The notes under the pieces were generated by a model. That model saw only the letters and a list, made by a program, of their open reading frames with translations. It was not told the origin of the DNA and ran no database searches. From Eledone cirrhosa (taxonomy: Eukaryota): a DNA stretch of 64,000 nucleotides. Numbering within the stretch: position 1 is the first letter of the stretch; the number at the start of each line of letters is the position of its first letter. This document shows positions 13,312-25,439 of this stretch, piece by piece. The translations under genes and the position numbers were made by a program. Location: NCBI GenBank assembly GCA_964016885.1, contig OZ024743.1:169446001-169510000 (forward strand), read 5' to 3'.

Positions 13312-14107
13312 AAATATAAATTAAAATGAAAGAATCCACCTTTATAACTACTAGCAGAAAAATCACCCCTCGTGTGGTTTTCTGCTAGCTTGTGTAGTGT
13401 GTATATTGATATTATACGCAAGTATATATACATGTAGATATGATACATCAAATAAAATCGTAATTGACAATATAAACAGAAATTGAACGAAGACTGTGTT
13501 ACACTGTCTTGTGCAATCAGTAACGTAATCCATGGCACATTAAAAAAAGACGTTATTATATATAAACTGCATTAGGAGAAAATTAGTGACGGAAATATAT
13601 GAATGTTTATTTAAGCGATCGTTAACCGGAATTGTTGACATTTGAAAATTTTAAAGAAGCGAATCTTAAAATAATGAACAAAATTATTTATATTTAATCA
13701 AGAATAACGAAATTTAGTAGGTAAATTATGAAATATTCATTCATTATTTATTCAAAGTAATCCAACTTATTTTACAAACGGGATAAAAAAAATATATTCT
13801 GGACGCAGTCCCGCACTCCTAACTTTATTATAGTTTAGATATATCACACACGTACAAACTCAGAGAGAATGTTTCGCCAGAAAATCAGTATTTGGATTGA
13901 ATTCACCCAGATGCATCAGCGTGTGTTAAAAGCATACATTCCAAACAACTCTAAGAGAACTTAAAATAACTGCCTTGCAACACGTGGGAGAAGGAAATGC
14001 GGGTAGGAGACAGTAGACCAGTGGTTTTGTCGAGCACCTTAATTTGATTGAGTGGTTTGGGGCTGCCATTTTAGCAGCTCATCCCACCAAACCACTTTTT
14101 TTTATAG

Positions 14108-14310
14108 TATTAAACCCCCGTGGCCCGTTGGGTCACGTTCAATTCAAAATATCTTTTAAAAATCATGTTCACTTAAAAACAATTTTTAAATAATTAAATA
14201 TACACAGACATGTATATAATGTGAAATAAAACTGGAAAGCCAATATATATATGTGTGTGTGTGGAAATATATAAATGTGCGTGTGTGTATATATATATAT
14301 ATATATGTAG

Positions 14311-14348
<38 letters not shown>

Positions 14349-14765
14349 GTAGGTGTATGTGATCTATATAAACTAGTCATAGACATACACACACACATAC
14401 ACACACACATATATATATGTACACACACACTCACATATATATATATACACAACAACACCACCAACTCTCTCTTCTATTCTCCTTCTGTCTCCTTCTCTCT
14501 CTCTCTCTCTCTATCTGTCTCTTTCAATCTACTCTCTCACACCCACTATCTCTTTCTCTCTATCCTGCTCTCTCTCTATTTATGAAGGTACCCCGAAAAA
14601 CTCCGTATTTCGGGAACCCGTGCACCGATTTACGCGAAACTTGTTTTATTCCATTTGTATTCGCATGTGAGGGTCAACTTCCTTTTCAAGTATTTTCCCA
14701 TTATGCACCCTTTTGGCTGCATTAAATTGCAGACAAGCAAGTAGAAAAGCAAGCAATCACAGAAT
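14108..14765 (-). mobile_element. Second copy of the Helitron-like element at 1176-1710
   Basis: Shared cccgttgggtcacgttca start and gaaggtaccc...agggtcaacttcc...cagacaagcaag block. Confidence 0.6.
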
Positions 14766-14814
14766 TTTAGTAGTAGTAGTAGTAGTAGTAGTAGTATAAA
14801 TATATATATATACA

Positions 14815-15790
14815 TAGTATTAGTTATACTATTTATGGTTATGTAAATACAAAACCTTATGCAGTTATAAGTATTTTACACACACCCTAAATAGTGGTAG
14901 GCAGTAATCTATTACTACCTTATTACCAGTAAGTTAAGTAGCTCAATGTAAAAACATCAGATGATTTACAGAGCAGATATATGAAATATAAGAATCAAAG
15001 AACTGTTCAAAACATTATTGTGCTTACAGCTGTTTCCTCCAAACCGAGGTTTGGATTCTTCGGAGCAATTTATTAATGCATGGACAGTTATATGACCTCC
15101 TTTTCAGCCGAGAGACATACCGATACATATTCAAACATTGATACATATTCAAACATTGTGGGTCAACATTCATTACAGAATTTAGAGTGGCAGTACACAC
15201 TTCGAGATTACATTTATATTAAGAGGTACAATCAAAAATCAAAAATACAGGTTAAAATACAACATGAAGATAAGCGGTTATATAGTGCAAATGTTATATG
15301 TGTGGCACGCATGTGCGTCTTGTTTATATAGTGTGGCAGAGAGATATGTGTGGTAGAGGCACTTAGGTAGGTAAACAAGAGTGTTAGGTTGGTAGATCTG
15401 GTGGCAAATTCTTTATATGATTGATATAGTCTGTGTGTGGAGAAATGTTATAAGCATTAAAAATAGTGCAAGCATTAAAAGTGTTAAAAGTATTGGAGAT
15501 GCACAGCGAAGGGATGTCAAGTATTTCATGTACTTCGGCATTTTCATGGTCAGGGGAGTGTATTTTTCGATTATATGCCCCTCACATAATCCACGACAAT
15601 CCGATATTGAGCGTTTGACAATCCAGTTAGAGATCGTAGTCTGGTGTTCTTTAGTTCAGTACAGGAGGCTGTTACGTTTCGAGAAACGCCATTGAATACC
15701 ACCCGGAAGTGTGTGTGTGGCTAAGGGGAGTTAATGCATGCGGGGAGGTAACTCCGGGGTTTCTATACCTAGCTATTAAAATGTGTCACA
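14815..15790 (-). mobile_element. About 1-kb non-coding hammerhead-bearing repeat (PLE pLTR or retrozyme-like), copy 1
   Basis: Inverted homology to 21060-22070 at both ends; HHR at 15021-15067. Confidence 0.65.
15021..15067 (-). ncRNA. Type I hammerhead motif, variant core CCGAAGA
   Basis: ugcu CCGAAGA auccaaaccucgguuuggag GAAA cagcug UA agca. Confidence 0.7.
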
Positions 15791-15831
15791 ATATAGACCC
15801 TAATTTCTATGGTGATGCGCATCCTCCAAGA

Positions 15832-16755
15832 TTTGCAAGTGAAATCTCTACCGCAAATTCTAAGGGTGGTGTGTGAAACTAGGCCAGAGGAAGTAGGCGA
15901 AAAGGAATAGGTAAATCAATTGAGATTAGAAGATAATAAATAAATAAGAGAAAAATATATAAAATATAAAATTTGATAGTAAGAAGTGTTAAAAAAACAG
16001 TAGAGTCTAAAACCGCTGCTATATTTAGTTGGTGTTGCGTTTTTGGCCAATGCTTTAGAATAGGTTAATAAGTTGAGAATAGAAGATACTAAATAAATAA
16101 AAAAAATTGAAATCATAGAATTGGCTAGTAAAAAACAATACCAAATCTCTGGGCTAGTAAAAAACAATACCAAATCTCTGGGGCCTAAAACCGCTGCTAT
16201 AATTAGTTTGTATTGCGTTTTCGACCAATGCTATGTTTAATTTGCTGGGGTGGGGGTACTGAGGTTACAAAGGCCTTATGGCCTGCCTCGGGGTAGGCGA
16301 AAGGGGAAAAAAGAAAGAGGAAGAAGATAGGAAGTGGAAGGAAGTGATAGGAGGAGACAAAAGGAAGAATAAAACAGAAAGGAAAAGAAAAGAGGTACAT
16401 CTACCTATGTAAGCTGGGGTTTCCCCTATCTTATTCGGCAAGTGGGATGTTGCAGCCATTGTCTACCCACCCGGGTCATGAGGGGGTTTGAGGGCGAGGT
16501 AAGTCCTGCGCAATCGGTGTTTGCATGCAGTTACCAGTTCGTCTTTTTTATTTAGGAGTTGGTCCTTCGTAAACAGCATTTGTAATGTTTCCTATTTTTA
16601 TATATTTTTCTCTTATTTATTTATTAACTCCTAATCTCAATTGATTTACCTATTCCATAACGTCCCTTCTCTATTTTCTCCAGAATCCTTTTCACCTACT
16701 TCCTCTGGCCTAGTTTCACACACCACCCTTAGAATTTGCGGTATAGATTTCACTT
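15832..16755. repeat. Inverted repeat (15832-15970 versus 16594-16755), probable PLE-derived fragment with inversion
   Basis: gtgaaatctctaccgcaaattctaagggtggtgtgtgaaactaggcc and its reverse complement are both present. Confidence 0.7.
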
Positions 16756-16896
16756 TCAATGCTTGACCGGCTCCACCCACTCCCTCATGGTTCAAGCACC
16801 CCCACCTCCCACCCACTGCCATGATAGACTTAATTGTGTTTGCAAGAAATTTTGACCAATCCTCTGGACAACTACAATCTTCGCATATAAGGAATT

Positions 16897-16972
16897 ACCC
16901 CTTGAAAAGTTCGGCTATTCTAATTTAGTCCAGAAATAGCCGTCGAAACAGCTTGAGCTCCGCTATCGGGGT
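16897..16972 (+). ncRNA. Type I hammerhead motif, U3-A8 core (UUGAAAA), partly decayed
   Basis: acccc TTGAAAA g..cggctatt..aatagccg.c GAAA cagc ttgagctcc gcta TC ggggt; same family as 22090-22299. Confidence 0.65.
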
Positions 16973-17092
16973 CATACATTTTCCTATTACACACTCTACT
17001 ACCCTAAGTATTGAGTACACTGGTGCGTTGTGGTCCATCTGGTTCCTTACCACAACTCCTTCATTATATATATATATATATATATATATATA

Positions 17093-17890
17093 CTAGCAGC
17101 AGAACCCAGCGTTGCCTGGGTAGGTAAAATAATATCTGCTTTGATGAAAAGGTGGTGATCTTAGCGACTGCTTCTCGATGACTCATCTATGGCGCACACA
17201 GGCCATGAGGGGGAGGGTGGTGATGTCCTCTATCACTGAGAAACGCGGGTGACTGACGAAGGGGCATGCTGGGGGAGGGAGTTTCGAATTTGAACGAATT
17301 CGGTTGGAAAATGTGGGAGCTAGAGCCAAAAGAGCGGAAATTTGAGCGGAAAGGTGGTATTTTCGAATATTTAAGCGGCTGCCACGCCGTTTCTGAACAT
17401 AAAATCCAAAATCACTTTAAGACGTGAAATAATCAGATCTAGCGTAGTGTTAAATTTGAACAAAGTAGGTTGATTAATGTGGGAGCTAGAGCCGAAAAAG
17501 TAGAAATTTGAGTTTAAAAGTGGTATTTTTGAATATTTAAGCGGTTGTCACGCCGTTTCTGAACAACAAATGCAAAATATAAACCTATTACAGGATGTGC
17601 AATGATAAAGTCTATTTTGCTTTAAAATTTGAGCGAAATCAGTAGCAAAGTGCTACCAAAAATCTTATTTTTATAGCCAAAAATCTTATTTTTCGATATC
17701 TAAAAAAAGGTGACCCCCTATCGATTTTTATCTGCAGAATGACCCCAGAATAAAAAGTAACGATACGCTGATATATAGAAAACACTCCCCGATGAATAAT
17801 CTATGAGCCTGTAAAGTTTCATGAAAATCGGTCGTAAGATGTAGGTCCCTATAGGTAATACACAGACACACAGACACACATGCTTAATTA
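17093..17890 (-). mobile_element. Non-autonomous Helitron
   Basis: Minus-strand 3' CTAG with subterminal hairpin acccag../..ctgggt; opposite end aaagtttcatgaaaatcgg...acagacacac; flanked by (TA)n. Confidence 0.7.
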
Positions 17891-18243
17891 TATATATATA
17901 TATATATTGGAAAATGTGTGAGATCCTTGGTACAGTTAGGTATATTTGAAAAAAAGGAAAAGAATGACTTCACTTGTAGTGTTAAAAATGTTTTTGGATG
18001 AGTTGGTAGATCCAGTTGGTAGATCCAGTAAGTTCTTTGTTAACTTCGGTGGGAAGAATTTTAGAGATTCCTGGTTAACTTTGGTTAGAGAAGTTTCTCG
18101 CATTCGTCTGTCTGTGGCGATTGTCAAACTGAGATCAGGTTGTGTTGAAATGTGTGACTATATATAAGAGAGATTTGGATGTGTCTGGGGTGTGGCGTGT
18201 GGTGTTAATGAGTGTTGATGATGAAGGTCCGGAGGAATTAAGG

Positions 18244-18274
<31 letters not shown>

Positions 18275-18699
18275 GTACATATACACACATACACACACAC
18301 ATACATATATATGGGTGTGTATGTGTATGTGTGTATATGTATGCATGTATGTACTCAGAAAATGGTGAGGTTGTAAGATAAGGGTGTTTGATAAGGTGGT
18401 CGTAAACATACTCTCCTGTTGGTTTTATTTCATTAGCTGACCTTTGATATAATGGCATAGCTGAATCAACTCTTCCAAATCCATAAAGAATATATTCTAC
18501 AAATTTCTATATCAAAGATGGATTTAGGTGCTTGTCTGGGTTTTAATGGGGTGTAAGATACATGTCTTTTGATAAGAATAGAATGACAGGAAGAAGAGAA
18601 AAGGAGGATAGTTTGGGAACATTTGTCACAGATGTGTTGTTGATGTTGGTTTGGGAGAGGAAGTGTGGGGGGACATGCTGGCTCACATATTCACTTCCC

Positions 18700-18776
18700 T
18701 ATATGTAAATATATCTACAGTCCACATATATTACATACAAACACATATCAACACATACATACATATATATACACAC

Positions 18777-18851
<75 letters not shown>

Positions 18852-19222
18852 CACATACATATACATACATACACACCTACATACACACACACACAACACC
18901 CTCACACATTTTATCTATATTTTATACACATATATACATTTACCATATATATATATAATATATATATACACATACCATATATATACTATATATATATACA
19001 CATATATATACACATATATACGATATATATATACATACACTATACACATATATACATATACAAACACACATATATATATATATTTTATATATATATATAC
19101 ACACACATACATATATATATATGTATATATATATATGTATATATACATATACACACATATATATATATCTTATACACACATACACATACACACATATATA
19201 TATTTTCTACATACATATACAT

Positions 19223-19272
<50 letters not shown>

Positions 19273-19900
19273 TATACATGCATATACATATATTTCATAC
19301 GCATACATATATATGCACACCACATATACACACATATATATTTTTTCTACATACATATATATATATCCTATACATATACCATACATATATCATATACATC
19401 CTATATATACACAGACATATATATATATATCTCCCATACACACACATATATATTTTATACATACACACATATATATACATACACACATATATACATACAC
19501 ACATATATACATATACATATACACACATATACACATATATATATTCCACACATTTTATATACACATACATACGTACACATATATATATTCCATATATACA
19601 CATTGTATACCTCCTACACGTATATATATTTTTTACATATACATATATATATACTACATATATATATACATATAAATATATTATATACATATCCACACAT
19701 ACATATACACACACACATACATATATATACACACATATCTATCTCACACATACGCACGTGCATACATACACACATGTATATATATACACACACACATATG
19801 CACACATACACATAAACATGTACACATATATCTGTATACCTATAGACACATATATTAAAAAAACACATCTATACATACATATATGTATACACATCTACTT
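18700..19900. repeat. 1.2-kb degenerate (TA)/(CA) microsatellite field
   Basis: Directly visible; explains the Y/I/H/T-rich spurious ORFs. Confidence 0.95.
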
Positions 19901-19904
19901 AAGT

Positions 19905-20515
19905 GTTTAAGTTCATAGATACATCGGTGTGGAGAAGGGGTAATTAATGAAATGTTATTGTACCTCTGAAGGTTTTTTCTTCTCTTCAGCGATCGAATGT
20001 TTGAAAGTACGGGTGTCATCAACTATTTTTCTTTTTCAATATGAGATCTTTTTTAAAGGAAAGAGATGGGGAGAATCCCGTTTTTTGAAGATGGAATATC
20101 ACTTTTTTGTGTTCAGTAGTGGTTTGTATTTTCTAATAAAGAATTCTTCTTTATATTTTCGGAAGTGTTCGTTGTCCGACCATATTTTAAAGAAGGGGAA
20201 GATTGTGAAATTTCCCTTCCGCGTGTTGCGAAGTGTTCACTGAATGTGGTGTTTCTGACAGAGGGGTCTCTAATTTGTTGTTTATGTACTCGAACTCTGA
20301 CATGTAGACCCGTTCCGGTTTCACCAATGTAGTATTCTTTACATTGTGGGCAGGTTGCACAGTAAATCAAGTTTTTTTTTTGTTTTGCAATTCATGTTTG
20401 CATTAACTGTGAAAGACTGGTTGTTTTTAAAGGAGATTTGTCCACCCTCTTCAATGAGTTAGCAAGTTCCGCATCGACAGTCCCCACATTTCTTAACTTG
20501 CATTGCTTCATTATT
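19905..20515 (-). mobile_element. Neptune-like PLE GIY-YIG endonuclease fragment
   Basis: KCGDCRCGTC linker; IYCATCPQCKEYYIGETG...RVRVHKQQI. Confidence 0.85.
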
Positions 20516-20528
20516 AGACGTAAAAATA

Positions 20529-20722
20529 GGCGGTAAATTAGCAGTATCAGTAGAGGGTCGGACATCATGTTTGACGCATAGAGTTACCGCCCTTGCCATT
20601 CTGAGTTCAAATCCCGCCAAGGTTAACTTTGTCTTTCATCCTTACGGAGACGATAAAATAAAGTACCAGTAATGCACTGGGATAATTGCTGGTCTTGTGC
20701 CAAAAGTAGAAACAATTATTAG
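20529..20722 (+). mobile_element. tRNA-derived SINE
   Basis: A box TAGCAGTATCAG, B box GAGTTCAAATCC; close copies at 36850-36990 and 38250-38441. Confidence 0.85.
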
Positions 20723-21059
20723 ACGTAAATTTTGCCTTGGTAAGCAGTTTCTGGACTAGATCTCTGGACTACCCTAGTGATATTTAACATGCAATGACCC
20801 AGAACTTACCAGGAGTCATATATAGAAGTGATTCTAATAAGACCCTGCCAGGTCCTGCGGGTAGACTACACTTACAAAGATCATTGATTTGGAGATCTGA
20901 CTCTTCACGTGGAATGTTCGGTGGGGGCACTCTATGATAAAAGGTAATCATCCTAATATGAACACCTTTAGTACTTCTTGATAGACTACACTGTAATTTA
21001 TAGATAAGATACTTAAATTTAGAAATTGATTATAACCTTATATGATGGGAACTCATTTG

Positions 21060-22070
21060 AGACACCATTAATGTACTTTAGGATAATAAATTTAGCTATA
21101 GAAATCAGCTAGTTACCTCCCCTTATGCATTAACTCCCCTTAATCACACACACACTTTCGGAATATAATACGATGTCATCTCTCACAACAAAAACAACCT
21201 ACTCTATGGAATCGAATTAAAGAACGACAAGCTGTGATGTTCTAGCATGGTTCACCAGGCACCCAATGTTGAATCATCGTGGATTGTGAGATGGACATGT
21301 AGTCTATAAATTGCGTTTCCTGGATTGTGAGAGTGGTGGTGTGTACGAGGACAGTGGTGCTGTTTTGCTTCTCATTTGTAATATTTTCGATATCTTTGGT
21401 GTTTCTCCACATACGGGCTTCTATATCGTACAGGTGTGTGTGAATAATGCTTAACCAGTTCAGTCCCCATGATGCTTTTAATTGCCTGTTTTGACTGCTT
21501 GTTTTACTTGTAACAATCTGCCGCACTATAATCTTGTATAAATAGGACACGCTTGCATGCCACACGTGTGACTGTTGCATACACTGGCTACTCTAAACTT
21601 TCCTTTTGCTTTATCTTAGTAGACTGCCAATGTTTTATTTTAATTTTAATTTTAATTTTAACTTTAATTTTGTCCTTTAATATGACTATAATCTTTGTGT
21701 GTAAATTACCATGCTATATCATTATAATGGATGTCAACCCACTGTGGGTCAATATATACATATGTTTCTATATGTCTCTTGTGTTGAAAAGGAGGTCAAG
21801 TATGTTAAAAATCACTGAATAATTGCTCCGAAGACTCCTAACCTCGGTTTGGAAGAAACAATTGTAAGCAGATAAATGATTTAAACAGAACTTTGTTTCA
21901 TGTAATCTCTATATAACTGCTCTGTAAAACAACTGATGTTGTTACATTGAGCTATTTATCTTACTGGTAATAAGATAGTAATAAACTGTCTTTCACTATT
22001 TAGGGTATAATATATATATAACTATAAAAGGTTTTAGTATATACATAACCATAAATAGTATCCTTAATAC
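21060..22070 (+). mobile_element. About 1-kb non-coding hammerhead-bearing repeat, copy 2
   Basis: Homologous to 14815-15790; ends in (TA)n; left boundary approximate. Confidence 0.65.
21824..21870 (+). ncRNA. Type I hammerhead motif, variant core CCGAAGA
   Basis: tgct CCGAAGA ctcctaacctcggtttggaa GAAA caattg TA agca. Confidence 0.7.
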
Positions 22071-22167
22071 TATATATATATATATATATAACGAAGGAAA
22101 TGTGGTAAGGAACCAGGTGGACCATAACGTACCAAAGTACTCAATACTTGAGGTAGTAGAGTGGGTA

Positions 22168-22294
22168 ATAGGAACCAGTAAGACCCCGACAGCTGAGCTC
22201 AAGCCGTTTCGACGGCTAATTCTGGACTAAAATATTTTAGTCCAGAATTAGCCGTCGAAACGGCTTGAGCTCAGCTGTCGGGGTCTTACTGGTT

Positions 22295-22299
<5 letters not shown>
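22168..22299. repeat. Perfect spacer-less palindrome (66-bp arms) centred in hammerhead loop II
   Basis: Centre aaaat|atttt; each arm carries GAAA cggc ttgagctca gctg TC ggggt. Confidence 0.9.
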
Positions 22300-22334
<35 letters not shown>

Positions 22335-22335
<1 letters not shown>

Positions 22336-22740
22336 CCAGAGGGCGTTAGTCCCCCGATGTTTGCATAGCTACGGCTTCCTAAAACTGTATTTCTTTTGAG
22401 ATACGAAATTCTTATACATATTGTATAAAGCTATGCTTGAAGTGAAATCTTATTTCTTTTCTATTATAAGTTGAGCCAACTTATGCAGCTTCATATGCAA
22501 ATGAAATTAATCTCCTCATTTACACAGACAAGAAAACTATATATTCTCGGCTGTCTTCAAGTCCAGCAGTAGCAAGTGGTGGGAGGGGTCGTCCTGACGA
22601 AGGTCAGTTAAGCCTGAAATGCATAGACGGTTGTCCCCTTGCTTCTGCTGGACATCACCAGAGGGCGTTAGGCCCCCCCCCCCGGTGTTTGCATAGCTAC
22701 GGCTTCCTAAAATCATATTTCTTTTGAGATACGAAATTCT

Positions 22741-22745
<5 letters not shown>
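22335..22745 (+). mobile_element. Retrozyme-like element, about 1.3 copies of a roughly 322-bp unit
   Basis: About 85-bp direct repeat at 22335 and 22657; HHR inside; microsatellite flanks; no credible ORF. Confidence 0.7.
22589..22630 (+). ncRNA. Minimal type I hammerhead ribozyme, canonical core
   Basis: tcgtc CTGACGA aggt cagttaa gcct GAAA tgca TA gacgg; stem I extends (agggg/cccct) past a bulge. Confidence 0.85.
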
Positions 22746-22793
<48 letters not shown>

Positions 22794-22850
22794 TAGAAAA
22801 TGAGGTTTTTTTTACAAAATAAAAAATAACCGAGTGAAAGTATAAAGAAA

Positions 22851-23116
22851 AAAAGATGAAATCGAAAATGCAACTGGAGTCTTAATTTTTTTAAATATAT
22901 ATATTTATTTGGTTCCTTTACCGGTTTCGCAGTTCTTCTGCTTTTCAAAAGTAGAGTTGAGATGGAGGGTCTGTGAGAAAAACCACAGACCCTCCATCTC
23001 AACTCTACTTTTGAAAAGCAGAAGAACTGCGAAACCGGTAAAGGAACCAAATAAATATATATATTATTTTTTTAAATAAGACTCCAGTTGCATTTTCGAT
23101 TTCATCTTTTTTTTCT
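22851..23116. repeat. Inverted repeat with a U3-A8 hammerhead in each arm (22914-22953 minus, 23006-23045 plus)
   Basis: ctt TTGAAAA gcag aagaa ctgc GAAA ccgg TA aag; arms of about 125 bp around a short spacer. Confidence 0.8.
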
Positions 23117-23531
23117 ATATATATATATAAAATAACATTAAGAAAGATGCTGATGTTACATAAATCGTTTATTCATTATAATTATTCCAATGGTTCTCCC
23201 ATGCAATCAAGATGTGTAATATAATTGGATATAATTGAGCTATTATAGTTATATCTGTGTTCATCCCTCTCATATACCCAATTATACACGGCTCGGAAAG
23301 ATTCTCTTCTTTGAGCTATTTAATTGTAAAAGACTATTTTGAGTTTCTAACTCAATCTATGATATTCTCGGCTCCGTATGTATGTAGAGCTAATTTTTAG
23401 TCTCAGAAACCCAGCTGCTATTTTTAACGGCATGAGTATGGAACGCGTTAGGCGCTGTAACATGTGTGTGTATACCCGCGCATCGTTCAGTCTTCTTAGA
23501 TCCTTTGAAGTGAAAGGTACGAATTTTCCTG

Positions 23532-23610
23532 GATACCCGCAGAAGAGCACAAGAGTTCTAGCTTTCACTTAATAATTCTTGCGAAACAGATTTATGTCTG
23601 TCCGGGTATC
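23532..23610 (+). ncRNA. Type I hammerhead motif, variant core CAGAAGA, in a roughly 500-bp partial tandem
   Basis: gatacccg CAGAAGA gcacaaga..tcttgc GAAA caga tttatg tctg TC cgggtatc; direct repeat at 23244 and 23745. Confidence 0.75.
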
Positions 23611-23850
23611 ATAGGCTATTTGCCCGATATAGGTTTGTTATTTTTATTGATTTATTATGTTAAATCGTGTCAGGCAAACCATATTGTTTTAAATTAGTAT
23701 TTTTTCAACCTAGCTAACTTGGTCATTTGCAATTGGAACACATGTATAGTTATATCTGTGTTCATCCAATTATATTACACGGCTCGGAAAGATTCCCTTC
23801 TTTGAGCTATTTAATTGTAAAAGACTATTTTGAGTTTCTAACTCAATCTA

Positions 23851-23943
<93 letters not shown>

Positions 23944-23949
<6 letters not shown>

Positions 23950-24370
23950 AGAAAAATAACAGGGTCCGAACTGGTGAAATTCCTTCAAATATTTATTATA
24001 GCAAACACTATGTACATTTTAATGACCAAGTTCCGTAAGATCCTGGTGACATCATCAGGTGTTTATTGCAAAAAAGTTATATAATAAAGGAATAATGATA
24101 AAAGGAATGGTAAACACAATCCACTCAAAGGTGGTCAGCCAAACTGGCAACAACTGGCCCTGACCGCCTTCGAATCATAAACATTTTTTTTTAGCCTGTT
24201 GGATTGTTTACCATTATTCCTTTATTATATAACTTTTATGCAATAAACACCTGATGATGTCACCAGGATCTTACGGAACTTGGTCATTGAAATGTACATA
24301 GTGTTTTCTATAATAAGTCTTTGAAGGAATTTCACCAGTCCGGCCTCCTGTCATTTTACTCAATAATAAT
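23944..24370. repeat. Inverted pLTR pair with hammerheads (24003-24064 minus, GAAA mutated to AAAA; 24245-24306 plus, canonical)
   Basis: aaacac CTGATGA [hairpin] GAAA tgtaca TA gtgttt; arms are imperfect reverse complements. Confidence 0.85.
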
Positions 24371-24510
24371 TAACTCCATTCTCGCACCACCAACAAGATT
24401 CAACATAAACGAAGATGGATGATTTGCACAACGTCAAGTGCTTTTCCTAATATTACATAATGGTTGACTATACGGAATGACCAGTTCTATCCAGTGGTGT
24501 ACCAACATAA

Positions 24511-24557
<47 letters not shown>

Positions 24558-24568
24558 TAAATTTAGTC

Positions 24569-24942
24569 CTTCATCAGTGATCTGCCAACCTTCATTGGTA
24601 TTTCATCGTTTTAAAAACCATATATCTCCGGTTGGTGCGAGCAACGTCTAAAGAAAGTCGTTGGGACACGTAAATAAGGGGAAAGAGCGAGACTTCATCA
24701 GTGATCTGCCAACCTTCATTGGTATTTCATCGCATTAAAGACCATATACCTCCGGTTGGTGCGAGCAACGGCTAAAGAAAGTTGTTGGTACACGTAAATA
24801 AGGGGAAAGAGCGAGACTTCATCAGTGATCTGCCAACCTTCATTGGTATTTCATCGCATTAAAGACCATATACCTCCGGTTGGTGCGAGCAACGGCTAAA
24901 GAAAGTTGTTGGTACACGTAAATAAGGGGAACAAGCGAGACT
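24569..24942. repeat. Three tandem 124-bp units at the 3' end of a probable PLE remnant
   Basis: Units start at 24569, 24693 and 24817; the minus strand of each ends in CTGATGAAG. Confidence 0.85.
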
Positions 24943-25439
24943 GTAAACAATCAAAGATGGTAATGCAACGAAAAGTGAGGAAGAAGGAGTCAAGTCCCTG
25001 AAATCGATGAACATAAGTTCTGTGAAATCGTGATCATTACCTAATTAGGCTGAACCTGCTTTGTCAGCTGGGTTTCGCCTCCCTGGACATGGAAAGTTCC
25101 ATATGGCTACCTAGTACACCAGGTTAGTGGACAACAGTGATGTAACAGTAAACCTCAAATTATCTGTGACGCCAGGCTTGACAAATTTACAGGGAACACA
25201 CGCTGGCATTGATTCAAATTTCACTCTACCAGGGTGTTTTTTGAAGACAGAATAATAAACAATAAATAAATAAATCGAACTAGAATAAACATATATATAT
25301 ATTATAAATACTTAACAAGTAACGAGAAAACGAGGCATTAAATATCATTCAATTAGAATGCTACTTCATAGTGAAATAGATTTACATATTATGTATAAAG
25401 TGATTGACTGACAACTTCCTATCTGCCTAGACTAGAGCT

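Noticed and set aside
13350-13388. Hairpin ctagcagaaaa...ttttctgctag
   Set aside because: Probably a Helitron-type terminus, but the other end could not be defined
17908-18700. Possible PLE or host coding remnant
   Set aside because: No diagnostic motif could be read with confidence
18651-19910. 419-aa ORF and many similar Y/I/H/T or C/V-rich ORFs
   Set aside because: Translations of (TA)n/(CA)n microsatellites
19955-19995. CUGAAGA gaag..cuuc on the minus strand
   Set aside because: GAAA and stem I are missing; degenerate
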